Shown here piece after piece: positions 37,501 to 46,014 of a stretch of 64,000 nucleotides of DNA. The stretch is taken from NCBI GenBank assembly GCA_964502995.1, contig CAZCZB010000005.1, positions 39,540-103,539 on the forward strand. Direction: 5' to 3'. The first letter of the stretch is position 1, and every line of letters begins with the position of its first letter. This stretch comes from an uncultured Dehalococcoidia bacterium. GTDB lineage: Bacteria > Chloroflexota > Dehalococcoidia > Lucifugimonadales > UBA3495. The position numbers and the translations under genes are program-made. Below the pieces are notes generated by a model that saw only the letters and a list, made by a program, of their open reading frames with translations, searched no databases and was not told where the DNA came from.

Positions 37501-37907
37501 CCGGCATCGGGCTGGCGGCGTTGGCGTTGGCGGTCGGGCTTGCCCTGTGCGCTCAGGCCGCCGTGGCCGTGCGCGAGCAGCGGGTGGATATGTCGGTGGG
37601 CTCCGCGCTTGGCCTGCCCAGGTGGCAGCGATTCGCCGGCCTGGCGCTGGAACGAATCCTCGTCGGCGCGCTGGGGATAATCATTGGCGGTCTGGCCGGA
37701 TGGGGCCTGGCCCGCTGGACGTTGGGCGAACTGGCCAGCAATGCCTCCGGCGGTTCGGTCACTCCCCCGTTGGTTTTCGTCGCTCAGGGGCCCTGGCTGG
37801 CCGCGACCTTCATTTGCCTTGATATTGCGGCGGCGGCGGCCATCGCGCTGGCAGGAACCATAGCGAGCCGTCTGCGTCCGCCCGAAGTGCTGCGGGAGAC
37901 CGAGTGA
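34503..37907 (+). CDS. Giant FtsX-family (MacB-like) permease with two FtsX modules
   Basis: The two FtsX helical bundles lie around ...ARSAESSMLRSRGASVGQVGGLLAVGEG... and ...VREQRVDMSVGSALGLPRWQ.... Large extracytoplasmic domains lie between the helices. Confidence 0.75.
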   Translation: MRNIGLLLWLLPRRIRSAWGLLAVTAFGVLAAVTIMALGAMYSQALAEAGLRHSLAVASPSVINTQVVVRNRPMSPEDYTALRGKIEGIIDADVDYLVRDSNRYARMLPSLPLTRDGMPYGISDAPLGRPFFVTRFTEHTRLVEGKWPSDGVAMDPSGCADVGGCPSIEGVLGVDTLRLLGWDVGQRTWMVVFEGDESEPPEFIAVDIVGSVEPIDPRAEYWMGATDYFRIGDWDNQPVAPIYVTENAYFNGIGQPHPTLVGDYGWLLYLQTDTITASTVQKTRDDLTALEIDVNNELPRSYVLTGLENSRGTGLLASYQRELTLARAPLFLFISLVVVVILYFLALAVGLLAGARSAESSMLRSRGASVGQVGGLLAVGEGVIVVIATAIGPLIAWGIGSLFLIGSIDPASRAGVGEVPLDVTLSWQMYAMGAVGGLLSLAVLTIAGGSLARLGILDFLRARARPPSAPWMQRYYIDVLVVVALGVLIWQIRQRGGFVEGELAGRGPALDPSLLLAPSAALLALAFVMLRALPWVMVATSWVAQRSAPAWVSLSLRQMARRPLPYASLTVVVTMAAALGVFAGSFQTTLARSEADQASHRVGGDMVLAGAKFQGSTEETRIARLHDIEGVEDFSAVIRKSVGFLDGGTQRGVVLGVDPITMPQASWWRDDFVEGEPAPLDTVLAPLRRTLTPEAAGVELPPGTEQVSIRVRRDDGVQAGAAVPLPSYRLWVRIGNQRGFYRTLEMGTLAPQFGQDDAWQHLTGVMPDESTTASAEDQWRVVAVYISGDTFSRTPPGGLSFDNIVALGRTLPPDGQLVEGFEEVGAWTALPQGGNAPDRTERSAEAAYAGDAGLAVRWEEPLGRSPRGIVIPPGQLPLPSVANAGFEVGQSVRITVDGYVVPTRVTSVVKHYPTMDDGRPFVVVSVHELRAWLDQAPGAQPITPGEWWFDIADDPGLDRTAVAAEILDVGYRLSFLRDRDHAVDLATRNPLAGGAWDALTGIGLAALALAVGLALCAQAAVAVREQRVDMSVGSALGLPRWQRFAGLALERILVGALGIIIGGLAGWGLARWTLGELASNASGGSVTPPLVFVAQGPWLAATFICLDIAAAAAIALAGTIASRLRPPEVLRETE

Positions 37908-40900
37908 TGACCGCCATCCTGAACCTTGGCTATGTTCTCGCGCGGCGGCGGCTCATGTCATCGTTCCGCATCGAGTTGACGGTGCTGCTCGGCGTCACGC
38001 TGGCCGTGGTGCTGCTTGCCAGCGCGGTGGTGTTCAACGACCTGCTGGCCGAAACCGCGCTGCGCCGCGCTCTGGGCGAGGCAGACTCCGGCAGTGTCAA
38101 CATGTGGGTGCGCGTGTTCAACGACCTGGACGACCCCCGCACCGCCACGTCCGCCAGCGACCGTTACCTCAACTCCCAGTGGTTCGTTGGCCAGCGGGTG
38201 CTGCCGCCGTTGGGCGACGCCATCGAGGCGGTTTCGTTCCAGGTTGAAACATCCACGTTCTATTTCTCAGGACGGCCCAACCTGGACCAACCGGATGACG
38301 TGCGCCCACGCGGGCGCATCCAGTACCTGTCCGGGGTGCAGGAGGAAAAGGGTAGGCTGGTGCAGGGGCGGTGGCCTGCAATGCCCGCCGACGGCGGATG
38401 GGACGATGCCACCGGAGACACTGAAAACATCGTGATCGAGGTGGCAGTTGACAGCCAGGGCTTCGAGTTCCTGGACATCCCGCTGGGCGAAGGATTCCAG
38501 ATCGTGCCGGCCACCGGCGGCGACGGGCAGCCCTTGACACAGGTCGTCGTGGTCGGCGTTATCGAACCGGTGGACCGCGAGGACGAATACTGGTATCGCC
38601 GGGACAAACTGCTCTCCTACCATGATGACCAGTGGACGCTGGTGCCGCTGTTCGTCTCGGAGGACACCCTGCGCCGTCAGGTTGGCCGGCGGTATCCCGG
38701 CATTTACACCAGTTCCGCGTGGTTCCTCCAGTTGGACCGCACCGGCCTGCCCGCCAAGCAGGTGGACGAGTTCCAGGTGGCGCTGAGACAGGTGCGTCGC
38801 GACGTGTCCAACCATTTGCCCAACGGCAGCACATCCACGGGCCTGGCCCGCATTTTGGAGGACCACGAGGAAAGGTTGCTGCTGGCGCGCATCCCGCTGT
38901 TCCTGATGGTGTTCCTGGTCACCGGCATCCTGGCCTACTACCTGACCATCACCGCCGGCATGGTGATACGCGCCCGGGCCGGCGAGATCGCGATGCTCAA
39001 AAGCAGGGGCGCAACCACGTTCCAGATCGGGATACTCACCCTGGTGGAAGGGTTGCTGCTGGCGGTGCCGGCGCTGATCGTAGGGGTGTTGCTGTCTCCG
39101 TTGCTGGCTAAAGGTCTGGGCGGACTGGTCTTCGATTCAGCGTCGGGAGGCGCTCCGGTGTCGTTGTCCTGGCAGGCGTTCGGCATGGGCGCGGCCGGCG
39201 CAGCGCTGGCGGTGCTGGTGCTGTCGCTGGCGACCCTGGCGGCGGCAGGGAAAAGCATCGTGGAGTTCCGGCAGGCCGGCGCGCGCCCGGCCCGCACACC
39301 CTTCATTCATCGCTACTATCTGGATTTCCTGGGGCTCGCTATCATCGCGTTCCTGTGGTGGCAGATATCCAGCCGGGGCACGGTGCTGACCCGCAGCCTG
39401 GGCGGTAGAGATCTTGAAATCGACTTCGCCCTGATGCTCGGCCCGGCCCTGGGCCTGATCGCGCTGGGTTTGCTGGTGATGCGATTCTTCCCGCTGCTGA
39501 TGGGCCTGCTCGCCCGACTGGTGGGTCCGGTGGGCCCCGGATGGCTCGTACAAGGACTGCGACGCATTGCCCGCGACCCGATCGCGCCCGGCAGCCTGGT
39601 GGCCCTGCTGATGCTGGCAACCGCGCTGGGCGTGGTCGGCAGCGCGTTTTCGGCCACCCTGACCAAGAGCCTTGACGACCGCATCCGTTACGAAACCGGC
39701 GCCGACATCCGCATCCAACACGACGGCGGGCGGATTCCCCGCGCGTTCACCGGCGCATCTAGGATATTGACCGATTCGGCGGAGGTGTTGCGCACCGAGG
39801 GCAGCCTGCTCACCGAGGGGTTCGGTTCCCAGCGCGTATCGGTGCTGGCCGTGGAGTCCGACCGCCTGGCCGACGTATCCTGGTGGCGCGAGGATTTCGG
39901 CGACGGCGACACGCTCCCCGAACTGATGGCGGCCATCGCGCCCACGCATCAAAACCAGGATGGACTGCAGCTTCCCGAAGGCGCCACCGGCCTCTCCATG
40001 TGGGCCCGCAGCGGTGGCCTGCCCAACCGGTTGGTAAACGTCATTGCCCGCTTGCGCGACAATTCCGGCCGCTACTACGACGTTCCCATGGGCGACGTGA
40101 CGGGCGGTGATTGGGTGCATCTGAATGGTACGGTTGCCCTGCGTCTGGGTCGGACGGGGCGGCCCACCGACGACGAGCAGAGGCCCCGGATCGACCAACC
40201 CCCGCTCACCCTGATCAATTTGCAAATCGTCGGAAGGACCGGCGGCGACCGCCCCGGCATCATGTTCATCGACGGGTTGACCGCGCACACTCCGCGGGGC
40301 GATGTAGTGATTTCGCCGTTCGACACTGCCGACGGGTGGAACTCCATCGAGGACTATGTCCGGCCCGGACTGTACTCGCTGGAAACCAGCCGCGCCGTAT
40401 CCCAAACGGGCGGCGAAGGTTCCACGGTGTTCAGTTGGTCGCCGGGCGGCATCGGCGCGCCCGGGCTGCATCCCGGCGCGTCGCCGCCGCCGATGCCCGT
40501 TGTCGTCAGCCCGGAGATACTGGACGAAACCGGCTCGGAGATTGGAGATCAGATCAGTTTGGGGTTGTCCACGTTCGCGCTGCCAGTGGTGATCGCCGGA
40601 GTGACCGACTTCTTCCCGACGGTTGATCCACGCGAACAGCCCTTCTTCATCGCGGATCTCGCCACCTTCGTGGAGTACTCGAACATCCATAGCCGCAGGG
40701 TCTTTGGGGGAGCCAACGAGCTATGGATCGACCGGGATATCGCCCCCAGTGATCTGGCATCCGCGCTGGCGGCGACCGAGTCGGCTACCAACCGTATCGG
40801 CGAGCTTGGCTTGAACACGGGCGACATCATCATCACCGAGGAGGAAGCGGAACTGCGTGGTCAGCAGCCATTGGCAAACGCCGGATGGGGCGGCCTGCTG

Positions 40901-41311
40901 GTGATTATGTTCCTGGCGTTGGCGCTGGCCAGCGCGTCGGGCATTGCCCTGTTCTGCTGGCTCGACACCCGGGAGCGGCAAACCGAGTTCGCGCTGCTGC
41001 GAACGCTGGGGAGCAGTCGCGGCCAACTCAACGGCGTGGTCTGGTTCAACCTGGCCATCGTCGTGATTGCCGGCGTGGCGGTTGGCACGTGGGCCGGCGC
41101 GCAGATCGGGGCGGCCCTGCTGCCGGTGCTGGAAGTGGCCGAGGGCGGAGTGCGAGCAACGCCGCCCCTGACCTTCGAAACCGACTGGCGGATGCTGGCC
41201 CTGGCCTACGCCGTGCTGGCGACGGTGAGTATCGTCACCGTGTTCTGGCTCGCCTACGTTACCGGACGGTTGGAAGTGCAGCGGGTGCTGCGCGCCGGCG
41301 AGGGCGGCTGA
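37904..41311 (+). CDS. Giant FtsX-family permease, paralogue of the preceding gene
   Basis: Contains ...RARAGEIAMLKSRGATTFQIGILTLVEG... and ...TRERQTEFALLRTLGSSRGQL.... The start (GTG 37904 or ATG 37907) overlaps the upstream stop. Confidence 0.75.
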   Translation: MMTAILNLGYVLARRRLMSSFRIELTVLLGVTLAVVLLASAVVFNDLLAETALRRALGEADSGSVNMWVRVFNDLDDPRTATSASDRYLNSQWFVGQRVLPPLGDAIEAVSFQVETSTFYFSGRPNLDQPDDVRPRGRIQYLSGVQEEKGRLVQGRWPAMPADGGWDDATGDTENIVIEVAVDSQGFEFLDIPLGEGFQIVPATGGDGQPLTQVVVVGVIEPVDREDEYWYRRDKLLSYHDDQWTLVPLFVSEDTLRRQVGRRYPGIYTSSAWFLQLDRTGLPAKQVDEFQVALRQVRRDVSNHLPNGSTSTGLARILEDHEERLLLARIPLFLMVFLVTGILAYYLTITAGMVIRARAGEIAMLKSRGATTFQIGILTLVEGLLLAVPALIVGVLLSPLLAKGLGGLVFDSASGGAPVSLSWQAFGMGAAGAALAVLVLSLATLAAAGKSIVEFRQAGARPARTPFIHRYYLDFLGLAIIAFLWWQISSRGTVLTRSLGGRDLEIDFALMLGPALGLIALGLLVMRFFPLLMGLLARLVGPVGPGWLVQGLRRIARDPIAPGSLVALLMLATALGVVGSAFSATLTKSLDDRIRYETGADIRIQHDGGRIPRAFTGASRILTDSAEVLRTEGSLLTEGFGSQRVSVLAVESDRLADVSWWREDFGDGDTLPELMAAIAPTHQNQDGLQLPEGATGLSMWARSGGLPNRLVNVIARLRDNSGRYYDVPMGDVTGGDWVHLNGTVALRLGRTGRPTDDEQRPRIDQPPLTLINLQIVGRTGGDRPGIMFIDGLTAHTPRGDVVISPFDTADGWNSIEDYVRPGLYSLETSRAVSQTGGEGSTVFSWSPGGIGAPGLHPGASPPPMPVVVSPEILDETGSEIGDQISLGLSTFALPVVIAGVTDFFPTVDPREQPFFIADLATFVEYSNIHSRRVFGGANELWIDRDIAPSDLASALAATESATNRIGELGLNTGDIIITEEEAELRGQQPLANAGWGGLLVIMFLALALASASGIALFCWLDTRERQTEFALLRTLGSSRGQLNGVVWFNLAIVVIAGVAVGTWAGAQIGAALLPVLEVAEGGVRATPPLTFETDWRMLALAYAVLATVSIVTVFWLAYVTGRLEVQRVLRAGEGG

Positions 41312-41331
41312 CGCCGGGGCGCTGGCTGATC

Positions 41332-41568
41332 CTACGAGATATCTGCGCCGTTCCTGTTGCGCAGTTCGGCAATGGCGCTGGTCAACTCGGCAATCGTCGC
41401 CATCATTGCTTGACGCTCTTCGGCGGCTTGGCGACGCTCCTCCCGCATTTCGTGACGTTCCTCGCGCATTTCGTTTAGTAGCGCCTCGATGCGCTCGTCT
41501 GCCCGTTTTCTTTCCTCGTCGGCCCGCCGGTTGGCTTCCTCAGTACGCTCTCGTTCTCTGCTGAGCAT
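41332..41568 (-). CDS. Small charged coiled-coil hypothetical protein
   Basis: The ORF has an E/R-rich heptad-like sequence. I found no Shine-Dalgarno sequence and recognise no family. Confidence 0.25.
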   Translation of the reverse strand: MLSRERERTEEANRRADEERKRADERIEALLNEMREERHEMREERRQAAEERQAMMATIAELTSAIAELRNRNGADIS

Positions 41569-41839
41569 GATAGCGTTGATACCTCCCGTCAGAGTGGTGG
41601 CTCCCAGCCATGCTCCGGTACACCGGGACGTTACGTCAACATTGATGAGGCTGGCCGCCGTGCTCGGATTGCACAATCCGATGGCTGCATTATCAACTGG
41701 TACAGGGCACTTTGGTAAAATACCACACCAGCCACGTCAAACCGGCCAGAACGCCCCCCAACATCACCGGCCCGCGCCAGAAATCGGCGTCGTAACCGAA
41801 TACGTCCCAAAAGCGGCGGACACCGCCAAACACCGCCAT

Positions 41840-42739
41840 TTACACCAGCCCCAGGCTCCGGCACATTTCCAGCATCGCCTTGGCGGTTTCCTCGTGGGCC
41901 ACGTCCACCATGTCGCCGGCGTAGGTTACGGCGGCGGTGCCCTGGCGGCGGCTCTCTTCCATCGCGTCCAGCAGTCCCTGCCAGAAGGCGATTTCCTCGG
42001 GTGTGGGCGTGAAAATTTCGTTGACGATGGGCACGTGTGACGGGTGAATCAGGTGCATTCCTGTGTAGCCCAGCGCCTTGAGGTTGTTCGCCCAGTAGCG
42101 CAGCCCGTCGAGATCGCGGATGTCGAACCACCCGCCGCTGATGGGCCACTGGATGCCGGCGGCACGGCTGTCGATCAGCACCTTGCTCCGAAGGAACAGC
42201 GTTTCCTTGCCCTCCAGCGTCCAGCGGTATCCGACGCTGCGGGCGGTGTCGCCGCCCTTGCCGCCGCTGCCGCCCATGTGGGACACACGGTCCGACGCCA
42301 TGGCGATGTCGTATGCAGACCGTATGCCCGACGCGGTTTCCAGGCCGGGGTCGATACAAACGGTGTTCAGGTCCATGCCCGCCTTGCGCTCGAAGTAGCG
42401 CAGCAACACGTCGGCCTCAACCACGTCCGCCGGAGTCTCCACCTTGGGAAGCAGTATTCCGTACAGACCGGGACGTGTAACCGCCTCCAGGTCGAATCCG
42501 GTCAGGCCCGTTTCCAAGCGGTTGACCCGCACGAACAGCGTTTGGCCGCGTTCGGCCAACTCGTCGATCATCCGGCCAACCAACGGGCGCGCGGCATCCT
42601 TGTCGTACTCAGGCACCGAGTCTTCCAGGTCCAGGATGAGCGCGTCCGCCCCATACTGAGGAGCCTTGCGCATCCAGTCCTCCTTGTTGCCGGGAACGAA
42701 CATCACGGAGCGCAGGGGTTTGGTGGTGATTCGGGCCAT
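41840..42739 (-). CDS. HpcH/HpaI aldolase / citrate-lyase beta (CitE)-like acyl-CoA lyase
   Basis: Starts MARITTKPLRSVMFVPGNKEDWMRKAPQYGADALILDLEDSVP. An ATG at 42739 is preceded by AGGAGG. Confidence 0.8.
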   Translation of the reverse strand: MARITTKPLRSVMFVPGNKEDWMRKAPQYGADALILDLEDSVPEYDKDAARPLVGRMIDELAERGQTLFVRVNRLETGLTGFDLEAVTRPGLYGILLPKVETPADVVEADVLLRYFERKAGMDLNTVCIDPGLETASGIRSAYDIAMASDRVSHMGGSGGKGGDTARSVGYRWTLEGKETLFLRSKVLIDSRAAGIQWPISGGWFDIRDLDGLRYWANNLKALGYTGMHLIHPSHVPIVNEIFTPTPEEIAFWQGLLDAMEESRRQGTAAVTYAGDMVDVAHEETAKAMLEMCRSLGLV

Positions 42740-43012
42740 GTTAGAGCCTCCTGTTGCAGGACAAATGCTAATTGGATGCCGCCAGCGCCGGGCGAGCCTG
42801 GGCAACCACGGCCACACCGTTGGACACGATTGAGGCGACGGCCGCCCAGTATAACGCCACTCAGCGTGGCTTGCTAAAACGGTCGCCCAGTGAATTCAGG
42901 GCCGTCCGTTTGTCTGTCCGTGTTCCCAAACCCGGACTGTCCTTTGAGGCTGGCGCAGGGGGTCGGAAGGGAACGCGCCGGGCCACAGCCGCCGGACGCG
43001 GCGACGCAACGG

Positions 43013-43696
43013 TCATCCCTGTTGCAATGGCCACAGGAGTCCCCAAGCGTCCGGAATATGCTCGTTGGAGGCGTCCTCTCCGTGCCACAATTGCACGAGA
43101 TTTCGCCATCCCGTTTTTGCCAGCGCGAATCCGTACACCGTAACGCCCGGGTTGCGTTCGACTATAGCGGTGGCCGCCATGGACAGGGTTTTGCCGGTGG
43201 CGACGAGATCATCCACGATGATAACGATGTCGGCGTCCAGCGGTTCGGCACGATACTCGGCGTGTTCCACCAGCAGCATCCGGAACTCCGGGTCAAGCCG
43301 GCCACGTCCGGTGGGCAAATGCGACTTTTTGGACAGGACACCGGGAACGAATCGGCAACCGGTAGCGTCAGCGCAGCGCCGGGCAATCTGTGACAAGGCG
43401 CCGTTCTCCGCTGCGCGGGTTTCTCCGGACCGCATGGCGGAGACGAACGCGACGCGGCCGGTATCCCGCCCCAGGCCATTCACCAACAATTGCGCGGCGG
43501 CTTCCATCAGATTGCTTGCGCCCGTAACCGATGCCGGACCCTCGTCGAACTTGAAAGCCGTGAACCGCTGCGTCCATGGATCCTCGGGGGTATCTTCCAA
43601 GCGATAACCCAACGTGTAGGCCGCAGCCAATCCGTCACAATAGGTCAGCTCATCAAACCGGAGCAGCCCATAACAAAGGGTTGCTACGTCGCTCAT
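43013..43696 (-). CDS. ComF-like phosphoribosyltransferase-domain protein without the N-terminal zinc finger
   Basis: Carries the PRPP-binding motif DIVIIVDDLVATGKTL. I see no CxxC pairs at the N-terminus. Confidence 0.55.
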   Translation of the reverse strand: MSDVATLCYGLLRFDELTYCDGLAAAYTLGYRLEDTPEDPWTQRFTAFKFDEGPASVTGASNLMEAAAQLLVNGLGRDTGRVAFVSAMRSGETRAAENGALSQIARRCADATGCRFVPGVLSKKSHLPTGRGRLDPEFRMLLVEHAEYRAEPLDADIVIIVDDLVATGKTLSMAATAIVERNPGVTVYGFALAKTGWRNLVQLWHGEDASNEHIPDAWGLLWPLQQG

Positions 43697-43736
43697 TGCT
43701 CCATCCAGAAACCGGAATCGCCCGGGTGCGGGCGAG

Positions 43737-44963
43737 TCAGATTACACCAGTTTCACGCAACTTGCGCAAATCGTGAGCGGTAACATTGCACAGTTCAGCC
43801 AGCACTTGTGCATTGTGCATCCCAAGGGATGGTGCTCCGGGAACATCCGGCAGCGGCTGCCCGTCGAACAATACCGGGAAGCCGGCAACAACCTCATCGA
43901 CCTCACCATCGAATGCCGCGTTGCGCATGGGACGCAGCGCGCCGCGGTCCCGGAAGTGTTGGTCAGCAAGGATCTCCGGGACTGTTCGCACAGGAGCGCA
44001 GGGGACATCGCCGGCCGACAGGCACTCCAACGCCTCGGCCCGCGACATTTTGCCGATTCGCTTTTGCACTTCGGCGCGCGCGCCTTCGGCGTTCTCCGAG
44101 CGCACCTGGTAGCGCGCGAACCGTTCGTCCTCGATCAGTTCCGGCATGGCAATGGCATTGCACAGCCGTCGCCACTGGTCGTCGCTGGCAGCGGTGATGA
44201 TTATTGCCCCGTCGCTGGCCTGGTACTGCCCGGTTGGCCCGCTGCGGCTGTTGTTGCCAGTGCGCAAAGGGATGCCAGCGGCCATGTCTTCTTCGAGATT
44301 TTCCATGAGCATCAACGACGTCAGGGTATCCATCATCGACACGTCGAGATACGACCCCTTGCCGGTGCGTTCCTTTTCGCGCAGCGCGGCCAGGATCGCC
44401 GTGGACGCGAACATGGGCGTGACCAGATCGCCGATGTAGAATCCGACGCGAGTTGGCGGACCGTCGGGCTCGCCGTTGATGTCCATGAGGCCGCTCATTC
44501 CCTGGATTTGAGGGTCGTGAGCCGGTTGATGCGAGTAGGGTCCCGTCTGGCCGTACCCGGAGATGCTGGCGTAGATGACGCCCGGGTTCACGGCCGACAC
44601 ATCATCGTAACCAAGACCAAGCCGGGTCATGGAGCCGGGCGCGAGGTTTTCCAGCACGATGTCGGACTGGCGGGCCATCTCCAGGAACAGCTCACGGCCT
44701 CTGGGGTTTTTCAGGTCCAGCGTAACGCTCTTGACGCCCTGGCTGCGCTTGAGGAATCGGGTGGCGATGTGCTTTTCGGATCGTTGTTCGGACTGGATGC
44801 CGTCGGGCCCGGCGAAGGGCCCGTTGCCGCGCACCGGATCGCCCCGCCCGGGAATTTCAATCTTGATCACATCGGCGCCCAAACGGGCCAGCGTCATGCT
44901 CAAAAACGGGCCGGCCAGGAACACCGTAACGGCAAGAACCCTCAGATCAGCAAGCGGTCGCAT
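43737..44963 (-). CDS. Family III CoA-transferase (CaiB/BaiF)
   Basis: Contains LADLRVLAVTVFLAGPFLSMTLARLGADVIKIE. An ATG at 44963 is preceded by GGGAGG. Confidence 0.85.
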   Translation of the reverse strand: MRPLADLRVLAVTVFLAGPFLSMTLARLGADVIKIEIPGRGDPVRGNGPFAGPDGIQSEQRSEKHIATRFLKRSQGVKSVTLDLKNPRGRELFLEMARQSDIVLENLAPGSMTRLGLGYDDVSAVNPGVIYASISGYGQTGPYSHQPAHDPQIQGMSGLMDINGEPDGPPTRVGFYIGDLVTPMFASTAILAALREKERTGKGSYLDVSMMDTLTSLMLMENLEEDMAAGIPLRTGNNSRSGPTGQYQASDGAIIITAASDDQWRRLCNAIAMPELIEDERFARYQVRSENAEGARAEVQKRIGKMSRAEALECLSAGDVPCAPVRTVPEILADQHFRDRGALRPMRNAAFDGEVDEVVAGFPVLFDGQPLPDVPGAPSLGMHNAQVLAELCNVTAHDLRKLRETGVI

Positions 44964-45232
44964 ATCAACCTCCCAGCGCGGCAACCTCAAAGCAGGTATG
45001 GGTTACCGGCGCGCCAACGATTGCGAGGCGGATTATACACGGCGGGGGACTGCATTATTGGGACGGATGGCTCTGCACGGTCGCCGGCGCGAGAACCGAC
45101 GGGACTGGATGCCACACGCACCGGACATTCGGGGATTGGACGATGAGGGCCGCAGCGAGACCGTTTCCTGTCGCGTCCCGTTTCCGATACACTGCCACAA
45201 TCCATAGTTCGCAACCCTCAGGATTTATTCAC

Positions 45233-45442
45233 ATGTGCCGCAGCATCAAAACGCTTCGCCGCCCCGACGAACCCGCCTCCGATGACGAGGTATATGCGGC
45301 GGCGTTGCAGTTCGTCCGCAAGATCAGCGGCTACCGGCAGCCCTCCCGCGCCAACGCGCCGGCCTTCGACCAGGCGGTGGTTGATGTGGCCCGTTCCGCC
45401 CGGGCCCTGCTGGATTCGTTGCAGACTCCGGCGGGTCGGTGA
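45233..45442 (+). CDS. DUF2277-family small protein
   Basis: MCRSIKTLRRPDEPASDDEVYAAALQFVRKISGYRQPSRANAPAFDQAV matches the family pattern MCRNI..L. Confidence 0.7.
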   Translation: MCRSIKTLRRPDEPASDDEVYAAALQFVRKISGYRQPSRANAPAFDQAVVDVARSARALLDSLQTPAGR

Positions 45443-45446
45443 CGCC

Positions 45447-45782
45447 ATGCTGGATTTGACGCCGGCGGAGGCCAGCCGCATCTGCATGGACGAGTGCCGC
45501 GCCATGTGCTGCCGCGGGCCGTTGATCCTGCGGTTGGGACCCGACGAGGTGGCCGGATTTTACCGGTCGGCCGAGAGTCTGGGAGCGACCGCTTCCATCA
45601 AACCAACCGCAGACGGCGGCGGCAATCTGCTGTTTCTCGATCATCCAGGCGAATGCTGCCCCATGCTGAACCAGAACACCTACGGCTGTCGCATCTACGA
45701 CGAACGACCGAGGGTATGCCGGGAGTTTCCCCGCAAACCTGAACCCGGCTGCGCCATCTCCGGCTGGGTTGACGAGGGGTGA
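45447..45782 (+). CDS. YkgJ-family Cys-cluster (zinc/iron-chelating) protein
   Basis: Contains CRAMCCRG...CPML...GCRIYDERPRVCREFP. Confidence 0.7.
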   Translation: MLDLTPAEASRICMDECRAMCCRGPLILRLGPDEVAGFYRSAESLGATASIKPTADGGGNLLFLDHPGECCPMLNQNTYGCRIYDERPRVCREFPRKPEPGCAISGWVDEG

Positions 45783-45842
45783 TCGGAACCCGTTGGCGGC
45801 GTCGCCGAGGAAACTCTTTGGACGCGGCCCAGCCCGCCCATG

Positions 45843-45867
45843 GTTCGACAGGCTCACCATGAGCGGG
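45843..45867. repeat. REP family C copy
   Basis: gttcgacaggctcaccatgagcggg, embedded in a ccagcccgc...gcgggctgg hairpin. Confidence 0.8.
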
Positions 45868-46014
45868 CTGGCTAGTTCCTAGCGCGAGCGGACTGGCTTC
45901 GTATGACGTGCGGTTTCCGAGTGCTGATACCGCCGGTTCCCGGCGCGACCTGACTGGTCGGTTCCCGGCGCGAGCGGGCTGTGCAACCGGCGACGATGTT
46001 GCCTCGCCGGTCGA

